Positions 12,390 through 25,113 of a stretch of 64,000 nt of DNA are shown here, one piece after another. Source of the stretch: Haliotis cracherodii (lineage: Eukaryota). The notes beneath the pieces are model-generated. The model did no database searches and was not told the origin of the DNA. It saw nothing but the letters and a program-made list of their open reading frames with translations. The stretch covers positions 25,172,001 to 25,236,000 of the forward strand of contig NW_027266330.1 of assembly GCF_022045235.1 (NCBI RefSeq), given 5' to 3'. Position 1 is the first letter of the stretch; every line of letters starts with the position of its first letter. Position numbers and translations under genes: made by a program.

Positions 12390-13379
12390 GCAACAAAGAC
12401 AAAGCCCACAAAGGTCTCTAAGCCTGGTCAGAACCTCATAAGTTGACCATACAAGCCTATCCTAAGAATCCTTTGCTCTGTGTAGTTCAGTGTGTCAGAG
12501 ACCATCTCCCCGAGGCAAGAGAGTTAACTGACTATAAAAGTCCAGTTTCCACCCTTGCCGAACTAGGCTGGTATTATGGAGTTACATTTTGGCTGGACTA
12601 ACGAGTCTATGCATAGTCCAATCAAAATCAAGCACCGAAATCGAAATCCGGTTTGTAAACTGTCGTGCAGATTTCGGTCGATTGCAAGATTTGCAAAGCA
12701 TGTGCATCGCCAACTCGTCAGCAGATATTTTCCAAATCTTTTCATGTTTTTAATCACGGTGCTCACGAGATTTGATGCATTTCGCGATGTAAGACCCCTT
12801 TTATCACAATATAGATCTTGATCATTGATCAGGTCGTCCTGACTGGGCGCCACCATTTTGTGTGAATCAAATGCAAGTGATACGAGAGGTGGAATCTGAT
12901 TGGTCCATAGGAGAGGCTTTGAAGAAACATAACTGGTAATAGCCACTGGTGGCGCTATGATCGAGCCCAGTAATTCCAGCCTAGTTCGGCAAGGGTGGAA
13001 ACTGGACTTTTAAAGTCAGTTAACTCTCTTGCCTCGGGAAGATGATCAGAGACTACCTTGACTGCACACTCCTGTGGAGAAAGGATGGGGATAGAGATAA
13101 GTTATTACTCAGTTATGTGAAACCCCACAAACCTGTATCCGCAGCTACAGTTGCTAGATGGGTAACTAATGTGATGAAGGATGCAGGGATCAATGTTACA
13201 GTGTATAGAGCACACTCTGTCCGGGGAGGGGGGGGGCTTCTACATCAAAAGCTTACACTAAAGGTGCTTCGATCACTGAAATTTTAGAACTGGGAAACTG
13301 GTCTAGAGCATCTACTTTCAAGCAGTTTTACTTGAGGGAGACTAAAGAATTTGGAATCCAGTCTAAAATTTTAAACTAG
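12390..13379 (+). pseudogene. DIRS tyrosine recombinase C-terminal remnant, split by a MITE
   Basis: KPTKVSKPG..YPKNPLLCVVQCVRD|YLDCT..LLLSYVKPHKPVSAATVARW..AGI..YRAHSVRG..(frameshift)..ILELGNWSRASTFKQFYLR; HxxR box and catalytic Tyr. Confidence 0.9.
12503..13044. mobile_element. MITE / non-autonomous TIR element (~540 bp, ~70-bp TIRs, 8-9 bp TSD)
   Basis: CATCTCCCCGAGGCAAGAGAGTTAACTGACT... is inverted at the right end. Flanks are gtcagagac (12494-12502) and atcagagac (13045-13053). Confidence 0.9.
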
Positions 13380-13828
13380 AGCTTTAAAGCACCGCTATCA
13401 CATCTACAGAGTTTTATGTGGTGAAATTGTTAATTTCATAAACACATGTAATGTGTGAATTGAAATTATAATTTCATTAATAAAACGAAGTCCAGCTTGG
13501 ACCAAGATTATCCATCCAGTTGCAGTCTCAGATGATACTGTTTCTGTAGTTCGCATTCGGGTTACTTGTCACCTTAATTTGGGACATCCCAAATAAATGT
13601 TTGATCGAAGCTCTTTTCTTAGTTGTTCTTTTAGCACTTCGGCATAATGAAGAAGGGCTTATGGGTAATTAGGTCTCGCTCTCGTTTCACGAGATTGTAA
13701 CCTTTGAGCTTGGCCTATTTTCAGCATGAGCAGATGAAGACACCGCTATCACATCTACTTCGTTTTATTAATGAAATTATTTCAATTCACACATTGCATG
13801 TGCTTATGAAATTAACAATTATTATGCA

Positions 13829-14248
13829 ATGTCAAAGTTTATCTACAACTTAGAAGATTCTAGCCAATGGCAGCCGAGTTCTTTGTTCGCAGAACAAATT
13901 TTCTAGGCCATTCATCTCGACGGACACTGGGTGACAGGATTGTCTCGTATAGTTTTTCAGAGTTGGCGAGTGGAGAAAGGAACGGAATGTTGCGATGTGC
14001 ATATCTATTCCTTGCTATGCGATGCGTCTTATGTGGGAGAAAGCCAGCAACCCTTATTGAGAACAGTATGCCTCGCGGGAGATAAGAGATCTTTTGACTT
14101 TTTACACCACCAATATATCGACGTGAGGGTTCAAGATTTACAGACGATCGATCTGGATAAAAGGGACAGCGAAGGCGAATTAGCTACCTTTCTGAACAGG
14201 CCAGTAACAATAACGCTACACTTAAAACCACTCCCCGTTTGGTTTTAA
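13829..14248 (+). pseudogene. Polinton/Maverick (adintovirus-like) penton / minor capsid protein, compact form, disrupted
   Basis: N-terminal IHLDGHWVTGLSRIVF resembles the penton I.L.G.WEVGL.EI motif. C-terminal HIYSLLCDASYVGESQQPLLRTV...YIDVRVQDLQTIDLDKRDSEGELATF..PVTITLHLK resembles YVYCD...VG...PLLR.V...Y.P......IEIDIRD..G....F....VTLHF. One in-frame TAG near the start. Confidence 0.75.
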
Positions 14249-15912
14249 AAAGGTGTCCGGATAAAAGCAGTTAACAACGGCTAAAAAAAGAGAGAAAATA
14301 CGCAGATATCTTCATTCTAAGCTAAACATTTGAGGAGTCAACATGTCCGCACTGATGGGATGTGCCAAGAGGCAAAAGCTGTATATATATTCAAAAGTAA
14401 ATATATCAATATTGTATTCTAATGGGTAAAAAATAAAACTTAAATACTTCTGCCTATTTTACTTTTTTCAACTCAATTAATGTATTCAAACTATTTTATG
14501 TGGAAACGGTCATCGGTAATTAGTTTTATATACTCTTTTTTTTCAGATGCTGGAGGGGTTGTCTTTTAAAGAAGAAAGAAATAAAGGATCAAATCCATAG
14601 GGCGAATATACATGTTGATGCGATATAATTTGAAATTTCCATCACGTGAAATATTAGCTCCATTAGTGATTCTAAAAACGACTGTGCTCTACCATTGAAA
14701 TCGGACACACTAAGACTATCGGTGGAAACGTGTGTGTATTCCGTGGATATTTTACGTTGTGGGAAAAAACATATTCCAACTTAAGAGATAAGTTTTCATT
14801 TTCTATTTTGGCCTGGTTCGATATTTTTATTATATAAAAATTATATACACTGATTCTCAGCTAAATGGTATATTTAACATATCAAATGTTAATAAATATA
14901 TTACTTAACTTATTTTCAGTAAAAACAGTATTCAGGCTCTCAGAATCAATCATTGGGGGACCCAAGTGACATCAGAGTTGTTTATAATATCGGAAATAAC
15001 AATTGTCAAATGTCCTGTAGTCAGATACGTTAGACTGCATGTTGTCTTTGCAATCAAAATATATCACACAGCATTTATTAACTTGCAAAAAAGTGTCATT
15101 GTCATTTGAATAGGACTACATATTATATTATTTTCAAACGAAGACATTGCCTAGGGATCATTTGTCTCAAAAAAGGACAGTGTCGCGGACACCTGTTCAC
15201 ATGGTTCAAGAAACACATTCTCTACAGATATTAGCTAATAATAACAGACACGTATTGGCAATGAAAGGTTGTTCATTTTGCAAAAATAACTTGATAACAA
15301 ACATTGGTACAAATATCGAACAAACTACATGCCAATTCCCTGGCCTTCAAGGATTGGTCTACTGACAACACAGCAATAATCTACAACTGCAAAATCTGAC
15401 GTATCTGATGTCAACCTGAATCAACAACTAAAGTTCACAAGTGCCCCATCTTTGGCTTAAAAACACTCAAGTTTAAACATTAATATGAAAAATGAGGTTT
15501 ATATTTTCTCCATATGACATAAAGCACAAATTATAACAAAGTATCTGATGCTTTTTTAGGCATTGTGGTTGAAATCTGGGAAATTTGTAAAAAATACAAA
15601 GTGAATGTTCATTTGAATGCCTTCTCAATACGGGCGACGTCACATGCAGCTATTTTGTACTGGTGCCTTGTTTTGCTAATAGCGACCGGTTCATCAATAA
15701 AGCAGAGCACATCGTCAAATTCTATCCAAATTTTATCAGGACGAGATGGCCACTTGTACGTACAAGTCTTGCCTTTGTCTTGTGTTTTCTCCATGAAAGT
15801 TATTTTGGTATCGCCGTCATCTATGTCAACTTCGAGAACCTTCCCGATGAACCAGTTACCATCATGTATGGCAGCCAGAAATCTGCCAACTGGGTACATG
15901 CAAGTACATGTG

Positions 15913-16670
15913 ATGCAGCAGGCACAGCAGTTGCAGCAGGTACGTGTGGTGCAGCGGGCACAGCAGTTGCAGCAGGTATGTGTGGTGCAGCAGGCACAGC
16001 AGTTGCAGCAGGTACGTGTGGTGCAGTAGGCACAGCAGTTGCAGCAGGTACGTGTGGTGCAGCGGGCACAGCAGTTGCAGCAGGTACGTGTGGTGCAGCA
16101 GGCACAGCAGTTGCAGCAGGTATGTGTGGTGCAGCAGGCACAGCAGTTGCAGCAGGTACGTGTGGTGCAGCAGGCACAGCAGTTGCAGCAGGTACGTGTG
16201 GTGCAGCGGGCACAGCAGTTGCAGCAGGTACGTGTGGTGCAGCAGGCACAGCAGTTGCAGCAGGTACGTGTGGTGCAGCAGGCACAGCAGTTGCAGCAGG
16301 CACAGCAGTTGCAGCAGGTACAGGGGATGCAGCAGGCACAGCAGTTACAGCAGGTACGTGTGGTGCAGCAGGCACAGCAGTTGCAGCAGGTACGTGTGGT
16401 GCAGCAGGCACAGCAGTTGCAGCAGGTACAGGGGATGCAGCAGGCACAGCAGTTGCAGCAGGTACGTGTGGTGCAGCAGGCACAGCAGTTGCAGCAGGTA
16501 CAGGGGATGCAGCAGGCACAGCAGTTGCAGCAGGTACGTGTGGTGCAGCAGGCACAGCAGTTGCAGCAGGTACGTGTGGTGCAGCAGGCACAGCAGTTAC
16601 AGCAGGTACGTGTGGTGCAGCAGGCACAGCAGTTGCAGCAGGTACGTGTGGTGCAGCAGGTACAGGGGAT
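15913..16670. repeat. 36-bp tandem array (~21 copies) in the transposase linker
   Basis: Unit gcagcaggcacagcagttgcagcaggtacgtgtggt. Confidence 0.95.
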
Positions 16671-17284
16671 ACAGAAGCTCTGTGTTGGCTGCAGTACATG
16701 CGTTTCCTGGGATATGGTTTGGTCAACAGGGTGACGGCGCCAACCAGCGCTCAGACAACCTGTACAGCTGCATGATACAATTCTTGAAAAAAGAACCCCA
16801 TTCTGCTGCATGACTGCGTGCAACTTCATTGTACCGTGTACAACTTTTGTGTTAGAGGTAGATATGTCCTGCACAGCCTTCTCTACTTCAGTAGTAGAGT
16901 AGAATCTATATTGGATTGATTGTTGATTGTGTCTCGCCTACTCATAAAAATTGTGGGCATCTTGAAATGTCGCTTTGCCTTGTTTTACTGAGTCGGATGC
17001 CTGACGTTTACATGCACCTCCTAGTCCATCACAGGGGCCTTTCCCGTGGCCTAACTCAAAATAGTTCCAACGTGCCTCAAGCCCAAACAGCTCTTTATGT
17101 TTCAGAATGACATCAAACATGTACCGATTTCGGTACTGTGCTGACGGGCTATCAGTCCAATAGTGAACATGCGTTGCATGAGGGAAAGTGGTTTTCAGTT
17201 CAGGTAACATCAGTTTGAGGATTGTACGTACCGCAGTCGAGTTGTGCTGATTGGCGTCAGGCACATAGATAAAGTTTTTGTGTA

Positions 17285-20131
17285 CCAGTTTGTCCGACTT
17301 GTAGTATACCACTACAGGGTGAAGCGTGACATTCGTTGTGTTCCAGTTTGTCCGACTTGTGGTATACCACTACAGGGTGAAGCGTGACATTTGTTGGGTT
17401 CCAGTTTGTCCGACTTGTGGTATACCACTACAGGGTGAAGCGTGACATTTGTTGGGTTCCAGTTTGTCCGACTTGTAGTATACCACTACAGGGTGAAGCG
17501 TGACATTTGTTGGGTTCCAGTTTGTCCGACTTGTAGTATACTGCTAAAGGGTGAAGCGTGACATTTGTTGGGTTCCAGTTTATCCGACTTGTGGTATACC
17601 ACTACAGGGTGAAGCGTGACATTTGCTGGGTTCCAGTTTGTCCAACTTGTAGTATACTACTACAGGGTGAAGCGTGACATTTGTTGGGTTCCAGTTTGTC
17701 CGACTTGTAGTATATCACTACAGGGTGAAGCGTGACATTTGTTGGGTTCCAGTTTGTCCGACTTGTAGTATACCACTACAGGGTGAAGCGAGACATTTGC
17801 TGGGTTCCAGTTTGTCCGACTTGTAGTATACCACTACAGGGTGAAGCGAGACATTTACTGGGTTCCAGTTTGTCCGACTTGTAGTATACCACTACAGGGT
17901 GAAGCGTGACATTTGTTGGGTTCCAGTTTGTCCGACTTGTAGTATACGACTACAGGGTGAAGCGAGACATTTGTTGGGTTCCAGTTTGTCCGACTTGTAG
18001 TATACCACTACAGGGTGAAGCGAGACATTTGTTGGGTTCCAGTTTGTCCGACTTGTAGTATACGACTACAGGGTGAAGCGAGACATTTGCTGGGTTCCAG
18101 TTTGTCCGACTTGTAGTATACCACTACAGGGTGAAGCGTGACATTTGCTGGGTTCCAGTTTGTCCGACTTGGAGTATATCACTACAGGGTGAAGCGAGAC
18201 ATTTGCTGGGTTCCAGTTTGTCCGACTTGTAGTATACCACTACAGGGTGAAGCGTGACATTTGCCGGGTTCCAGTTTGTCCGACTTGTAGTATACCACTA
18301 CAGGGTGAAGCGTGACATTTACTGGGTTCCAGTTTGTCCGACTTGTAGTATATCACTACAGGGTGAAGCGTGACATTTGTTGGGTTCCAGTTTGTCCGAC
18401 TTGTAGTATACGACTACAGGGTGAAGCGAGACATTTGCTGGGTTCCAGTTTGTCCGACTTGTAGTATACCACTACAGGGTGAAGCGTGACATTTGTTGGG
18501 TTCCAGTTTGTCCGACTTGTAGTATACTACTACAGGGTGAAGCGTGACATTTGCTGGGTTCCAGTTTGTCCGACTTGTAGTATACCACTACAGGGTGAAG
18601 CGAGACATTTGCTGGGTTCCAGTTTGTCCGACTTGTAGTGTACCACTACAGGGTGAAGCGAGACATTTGCTGGGTTCCAGTTTGTCCGACTTGTAGTATA
18701 TCACTACAGGGTGAAGCGTGACATTTGTTGGGTTCCAGTTTGTCCGACTTGTGGTATACCACTACAGGGTGAAGCGTGACATTTGTTGGGTTCCAGTTTG
18801 TCCGACTTGTGGTATACCACTACAGGGTGAAGCGTGACATTTGTTGGGTTCCAGTTTGTCCGACTTGTGGTATACTACTACAGGGTGAAGCGTGACATTT
18901 GTTGGGTTCCAGTTTGTCCGACTTGTAGTATACCACTACAGGGTGAAGCGTGACATTCGTTGTGTTCCAGTTTGTCCGACTTGTAGTGTACCACTACAGG
19001 GTGAAGCGTGACATTTGTTGGGTTCCAGTTTGTCCGACTTGTAGTATACCACTACAGGGTGAAGCGAGACATTTGCTGGGTTCCAGTTTGTCCGACTTGT
19101 AGTATACCACTACAGGGTGAAGCGTGACATTTGTTGGGTTCCAGTTTGTCCGACTTGTGGTATACTACTACAGGGTGAAGCGAGACATTTGTTGGGTTCC
19201 AGTTTGTCCGACTTGTGGTATACTACTACAGGGTGAAGCGTGACATTTGTTGGGTTCCAGTTTGTCCGACTTGTAGTATACCACTACAGGGTGAAGCGTG
19301 ACATTTGCTGGGTTCCAGTTTGTCCGACTTGTAGTATACCACTACAGGGTGAAGCGTGACATTCGTTGTGTTCCAGTTTGTCCGACTTGTAGTATACCAC
19401 TACAGGGTGAAGCGTGACATTTGCTGGGTTCCAGTTTGTCCGACTTGTAGTATACCACTACAGGGTGAAGCGAGACATTTGCTGGGTTCCAGTTTGTCCG
19501 ACTTGTAGTGTATCACTACAGGGTGAAGCGAGACATTTGTTGGGTTCCAGTTTGTCCGACTTGTAGTATACTACTACAGGGTGAAGCGTGACATTTGCTG
19601 GGTTCCAGTTTGTCCGACTTGTGGTATACTACTACAGGGTGAAGCGAGACATTTGTTGGGTTCCAGTTTGTCCGACTTGTAGTATACCACTACAGGGTGA
19701 AGCGTGACATTTGTTGGGTTCCAGTTTGTCCAACTTGTAGTATACCACTACAGGGTGAAGCGTGACATTTGTTGGGTTCCAGTTTGTCCGACTTGTGGTA
19801 TACTACTACAGGGTGAAGCGAGACATTTGTTGGGTTCCAGTTTGTCCGACTTGTGGTATACTACTACAGGGTGAAGCGTGACATTTGTTGGGTTCCAGTT
19901 TGTCCGACTTGTAGTATACCACTACAGGGTGAAGCGTGACATTTGTTGGGTTCCAGTTTGTCCGACTTGTAGTGTACCACTACAGGGTGAAGCGTGACAT
20001 TTGTTGGGTTCCAGTTTGTCCGACTTGTAGTATACCACTACAGGGTGAAGCGTGACATTTGTTGGGTTCCAGTTTGTCCGACTTGTAGTATACCACTACA
20101 GGGTGAAGCGTGACATTTGTTGGGTTCCAGT
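17285..20131. repeat. 58-bp tandem array, 49 copies, derived from transposase coding sequence
   Basis: Unit ccagtttgtccgacttgtagtataccactacagggtgaagcgtgacatttgttgggtt. The 2847-bp span equals 49x58+5. Confidence 0.97.
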
Positions 20132-23100
20132 ATGCACTTTGGATTTCATCCATACTTGAACAGGTAAAGTTCTCTGCAAAGTCCATTTGTATGATGATAT
20201 GGTCATCTGGGAGTGTATCCTTCAAATCATGGATAGCCGCATATTGCGACTTTACTCTTCCAACATGGTCACGGAACTCAGCACATTCAAGAAGCATATA
20301 ATTCTTGAAGCCAGTAGCATTCTTTGATATCTTCACCTCCTTCATTTTCCTTTTTCCCTAAGCATCCACATGCTTCCACTCATCATATGAATGGTTTCCA
20401 GCATCTGATCCATCGCGTCCACAGATACACTGTCAAACGCCATATCTTGTGATTTCGGAACTTGTAATCCAACACTTCTCAGATATTTGAGTTTCATTGC
20501 CATATTCTGATGTTTGTTTGTGTTTCTTGAAATGTGTGATGTGAGCAAGATGTATCTGGGCCGTAGCCTACAGAATGATGCAAATGACAGTGGTTTTCAA
20601 TCGTGAACTTAGCATACACCTCAGACAGATAATCATTCATTATTCTTGTTTGAATGTTTGACACCATTTAGGCTCTTGGAATCTGCTTTGCCTGGCATAC
20701 ATACGCTGATATCATCTCTCTCCATGAATGACACAACTTGTCTCTTAATCTGCTCTCTTACGAGAGTGAGACGGGCTCTTCCTCCAATCTCTATTACCTT
20801 AGAGGTGTGGTCCGAGATAAACTTCTTCATGACAAACCTGTAGCCTTGTTCGAACCTGACACACATCTGTACTTCTTAAGTACTTTCCCTCCAACAAGAG
20901 ATGTCATCACATTCATTTTGCTTTGCTTTTTGTAGGCTGCGACACTTTCTTTAATTTCTCCAAAAAGTACATTAGCCATTGTTGATTGTCTCTCAACAGT
21001 GGCTGGCAAGTGACTGGGACTCACACCGTTTTCCCGGAGATCATTTCTGGTTTTTGTTGAAGGTGTTGCTTCAGACTGTTGTTGAAGACTGTCTGTCGTC
21101 TGATCCGAGCTATTTTCAGTATTGTTCCCTTCACAGTTAGCCTGTTTGGGTGTCGCATACTTCGCCTTCATCCTCTGATATCGTTTCTTCCATTTCTGTT
21201 GCTTCTTTTTGAAAGTTGTTCAGTCAACTCTTTTACTTTTGTATTTGCTCTTTTCAGTGCACACAAGCGTTTTGGTTTTCTCTGTTTATTTGGAAAAGTC
21301 ATTTTGACCAAGAAAGGATCTGGCCGTGACCTTGACTGCCAAAATGCATTAGTACTACTGATACTGTGTCGACCTGGTCAGTTTCTGCATCAACGACCAC
21401 ATCTGTGACCTCAACTACGCTGGCACCTTGTGCTAGTTTCTGTGTTTTCTTTCGATCATGGTATGCTTTACTATAGAGTTTATTCCTTTCTCGAACTGCC
21501 TTTTTCTTTTTTGTTTGCATTTGATCAATTGGTATTCTGTAACCTTTGACTCGAGCACGTTCTTTGGCTAGATATTGACTGTCATTTCGTTTCTTTCTTT
21601 CCCGATACGCCTTTTGGTTTCCTGCGTCTGTTTTCGCCATTTTCTAAAATCAAGCCCAGAAAAAAACATGCTGAAACACTTAGCCACCTTTTAATAATTT
21701 TCATACTTTATTCTTTGTGAAATATGTTAATTTCATCAGATACGTTATATAAATCATCAGATACGTTAGGTGGTATTTAGGTGTTTAGACAGGAGCTTGA
21801 GTAAAATATAGTACTTAGCCTATCAATGAAATGCATACCGACAGAAAACATCAGTAGAATGGTGTGGTCTTCGCTTCAGAAAAAATATGTAACCATTAAA
21901 TTACATTCGTAAACTACGTTAGGTTGGCATCAGATACGTTAGGTTGGAAAACATGCTCTTTGGGAAATGCTAAGTTACAGTAAGGGATTCATTTTTTCCA
22001 TGTTAGTTAACAGTAACTATTTTATCAAATAAATATCACCTGTGGGGTGGCTTTCAATTCAGATCACCCTTTTACTAAGATGGCAAAGATTACGTACCAG
22101 TTTGTGATGGATTGTTGAGAACCGAAACCAGGTTGCAGGACGTTCTTGGCTGAAAATCGGAAGTAGAGAGGTGGCACAGCGCGCATGTGCATTAATAAGA
22201 TTCAACTTATTGAGAATCCTGAAGTTCAATGACCATCTTCCGATGGTGCTGGTGTTATCTAAGGTATCTGACAAAATTGTATCTGATGACAACTTCGCGA
22301 ATTGGTCAGATATTTCGAAAGTATACTCATGTCAAGTTTTGGGATGAACATTTCTTATAGGTGACATGTTGTTTTATGAAAGTAACAAAAACAACATGAT
22401 TTATTTTAGTTTATAAGGCGTGTGCGGCAATGAATCATGCTAATGTATCTGATTAAAAGTATCGTACCCAGCTGGTATTATTTTGTGATTTTGTGATTCA
22501 TGTTTTTTTTTAAAGTTGTTTCAGAAATTGATGATAAAAAGTGTTAAGACTATGCTTGAACAAATCATATCTGACACATCGTGTTATAATGTTTGTTTAG
22601 TTGGTGTGTGACTTCTTCACACAAAAGTGACCAACATATCTGATGGTAAAATCGGGGACAATAGAATATTGCTAGCCAAAGAAATTTTATCGCAACCATT
22701 GCTTGAAAACTGCTGGTAATGATGATGTATGATCATTATGCATGAAAAGAAAATGTAAAGTGCAGTAAAAATGTACAGAATATTTAATTATTCAGTCGTG
22801 AAGTTACACACTGAGCACGGGTACAAGGCTCAGAACGACTTTATAAGCAACAATATAGACTGGTGAAGATACAGAAACAGATAACTCTTTAACAGTTTGT
22901 ATTCAAATATTCCAAATGCATAAACTGATATTGACATTACAATAACCTTAAAGTATAAACAGAAGTATTTTTAATTCCCATGCGTATTGCAGTCATTACT
23001 CATTTATTCCCTTTGTTTAATTGTGAAACCCATCTGGTTTTATGTCCACAAACATGTTTTGAAACTTTTATAACATTATTTCTTTTGTGCAAGCAATTGC

Positions 23101-23610
23101 CATGTATTATAGATTATTAATCAAATCAATTTATATGTAAGAATGTAGTTGTGCTTACTGCGTCATTTTGCAATAATTATATTGTTATGATGTAATATTT
23201 TGCTATTGTCAAAAATCTTTAGAACTTTAGTTTATTTCAAACAAGTCAAGTGGTGTGATCATTTTGATAGTTTTTATAATTCAATCAAAACGAGAAATAT
23301 AAAAAATATAAATACATAGAAGAAATTTGTTTTCCTTGTCAGATAACGATGATAGCATGAATTTATCTCATCTTGTGATCTGACAAAGTTAAAATTGTCA
23401 AGTCAAGATATCAACTTTAGTAAACCACAAGAAGAGATAAACATTTCATTTGACAAAATAGATTCAAGTCTTATATTTTCTTTGTGATCTTCATGACTTT
23501 ATTCAGAAAACTATAGTGTCAATGAGGCAGACTGACTGTAGGTGTGACAAAACGTGATATTTCACCTGATTTTATGAAAAACTTATTTATTTCACTCTAG
23601 TGAAATTATA

Positions 23611-25113
23611 CTAGCCACATAAAGAAACTGTGCACGGAGAAAATATATTCTGGATTGAAATACAACACAGCAAGAACAAAATGATGCAGACGCTGTAGCA
23701 GCTGAATGATCGGACCATAAGAAAATGTCAACGGGACCTGAACAACATCTGTTACGATGACGTCAGAAGATCAAAATGGAGTAGGGGGTCAAAACACAAA
23801 GTCACAAAGTCAATAACGGGTATGACCACCACAGCAGTGCATCGGTGACGCATGGAGTCCACCAAATGGGCATGGAAGGCCTGGGGAATGGCCTGCCATA
23901 TCCTCCTCAAATCCTGTGCCAAGTCACGGACGTTATCTGGAGGATGTGGAAGACGACGCAGACGGCGCTCCATTTCATCCCACACATGCTCTATTGGGGA
24001 GAGATCTGGAGAATTTGCAGGCCATGGCAGTCACATGACATTGTTATGGTGAAGGAAATCCATTGCGACCCTAGCCGTGTGAGGACGAGCGTTGTCCTGT
24101 TGAAATGTCAATCCTGGGCCATGACGTTGCAGGAAAGGAATGACCACAGGTCTCAGAATCTGATCTCTGTAGCCAACACCGGTGAGATTGCCCTGAACAA
24201 CCACCAAAGGGGTTCGGTGCTGTGCTGTTATCCCACCCCAAATCATCACAGAGCCACCTCCAAAACGATTCCTCTCCACAATACAGTTGCGTGCATAACA
24301 TTCTCCCAAACGCCGGTAGACACGTTGGCGCCCGTCACTGTGGGAAATGTTGAACCTCGATTCATCTGTAAAGACAACATTTCTCCACCATATTCGAGGT
24401 TGGCGAACATGATTTCGACACCATCTTAGACGGTTGACTCGATGACGGTGTGTCAGGATGGGACGTGTGGCAGGGCGTCGTGGTCGAATCCCGTACTGAA
24501 GTAAAAGATTCTTGACAGTGTTGGGATGGATACGGCGCAGTCCAGGAATTGTCTGGGACGTCGTTACTGCCGTTTGGAACCTGTGTCGGAGATGTGTAAC
24601 TCGAATCCATCTGTCCTGTCTTGGCGTCGTTACTTGGGGACGTCCTGAACGTGAGTGTTCGGCAACGTCATTTGTGTTCTGATAACGCCTCACAAATGCC
24701 GATATCGTGTAACGATGGCATTGGAAATGTGTTGCCACCTGTTGTTGCCTCATTCCCACTCGGATCATTCCAGGGCTTCATGGCGCTGTGCAGCTGTCAA
24801 TCTTGGCATAATTTGCTTGTGATATGCTCGTGTCTGCGCCTGAGAAGTTTTGAATTTTTGAATGACCACAGATCATGCTTTCCAAAGTGACAGCGAATTT
24901 TGAGTTGCACATACTGTGTACAGCTGCACAGGATGCACGTGCAGTAACACATTGCACGTCCATAGGCCCCCAGCAATGAAGTCATATTGCATGGCACGTG
25001 CATGAGCGTTTGAATGTCTCCAATAATTGCTGTGTTCAAACCTATATTTCATATATGGACGGTGTGCCCTTATATCTATATTTTCTCCGTGCACAGTTGC
25101 TTTATGTGGCTAG
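23611..25113 (-). mobile_element. Tc1/mariner (DD34E-type) transposon
   Basis: TIRs ctagccacataaagaaactgtgcacggagaaaatat and its inverse at ~25078-25113. TA on the left; the right flank reads TT. Confidence 0.92.
23812..24809 (-). pseudogene. Tc1 transposase with frameshifts
   Basis: MPRLT.. (frameshift) HTH, SGRPQVTT, FTDESRF, GGGSVMIWG, FQQDNARPH, (frameshift) SPDLSPIEHVWDEM. Confidence 0.9.

Larger units (their letters stand above)
4062..13820 (+). mobile_element. DIRS1-like tyrosine-recombinase retrotransposon, internally deleted (no RT/RNase H seen), carrying three nested insertions
   Basis: Left ITR (~4062-4190) is inverted at ~13655-13758 with a 3' extension to 13820. The internal complementary region (~13389-13491) matches the left ITR start joined to the right extension via AATT. 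Gag-like ORF and YR remnants are present. Confidence 0.93.
15609..21640 (-). pseudogene. Sola2-like DDE transposase, multiply frameshifted and interrupted by tandem arrays
   Basis: Fragments in order: MAK..QKAYRER; FMERDDISVCMPGKAD; QMDFAENF..EIQSAYW...VTLHP; YWTDSPSAQYRN; FELGHGKGPCDGLGGACKR; VHGTMKLHAV; C-terminal GRFLAAIHDGNWFIGKV..YKWP..D. Superfamily assignment is from remembered motifs. Confidence 0.8.
14950..22700 (-). mobile_element. Sola2-like DNA transposon #1 (ends approximate)
   Basis: The transposase remnant is flanked on both sides by scattered (CA)TCAGATAC(GTT) motifs in both orientations (e.g. ~15020, 15400, 15540, 21735, 21756, 21928, 22280, 22636). Exact TIR and TSD were not resolved. 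Confidence 0.55.

Noticed and set aside
15663-16813. Plus-strand Ala/Gly-, Gln- or Ser-rich ORFs (antifreeze- or silk-like)
   Set aside because: Alternative frames of the 36-bp array, antisense to the transposase.
17285-20131. Possible CRISPR-like array
   Set aside because: Contiguous near-identical units with no unique spacers, no cas genes, eukaryotic context; the unit is transposase coding sequence.
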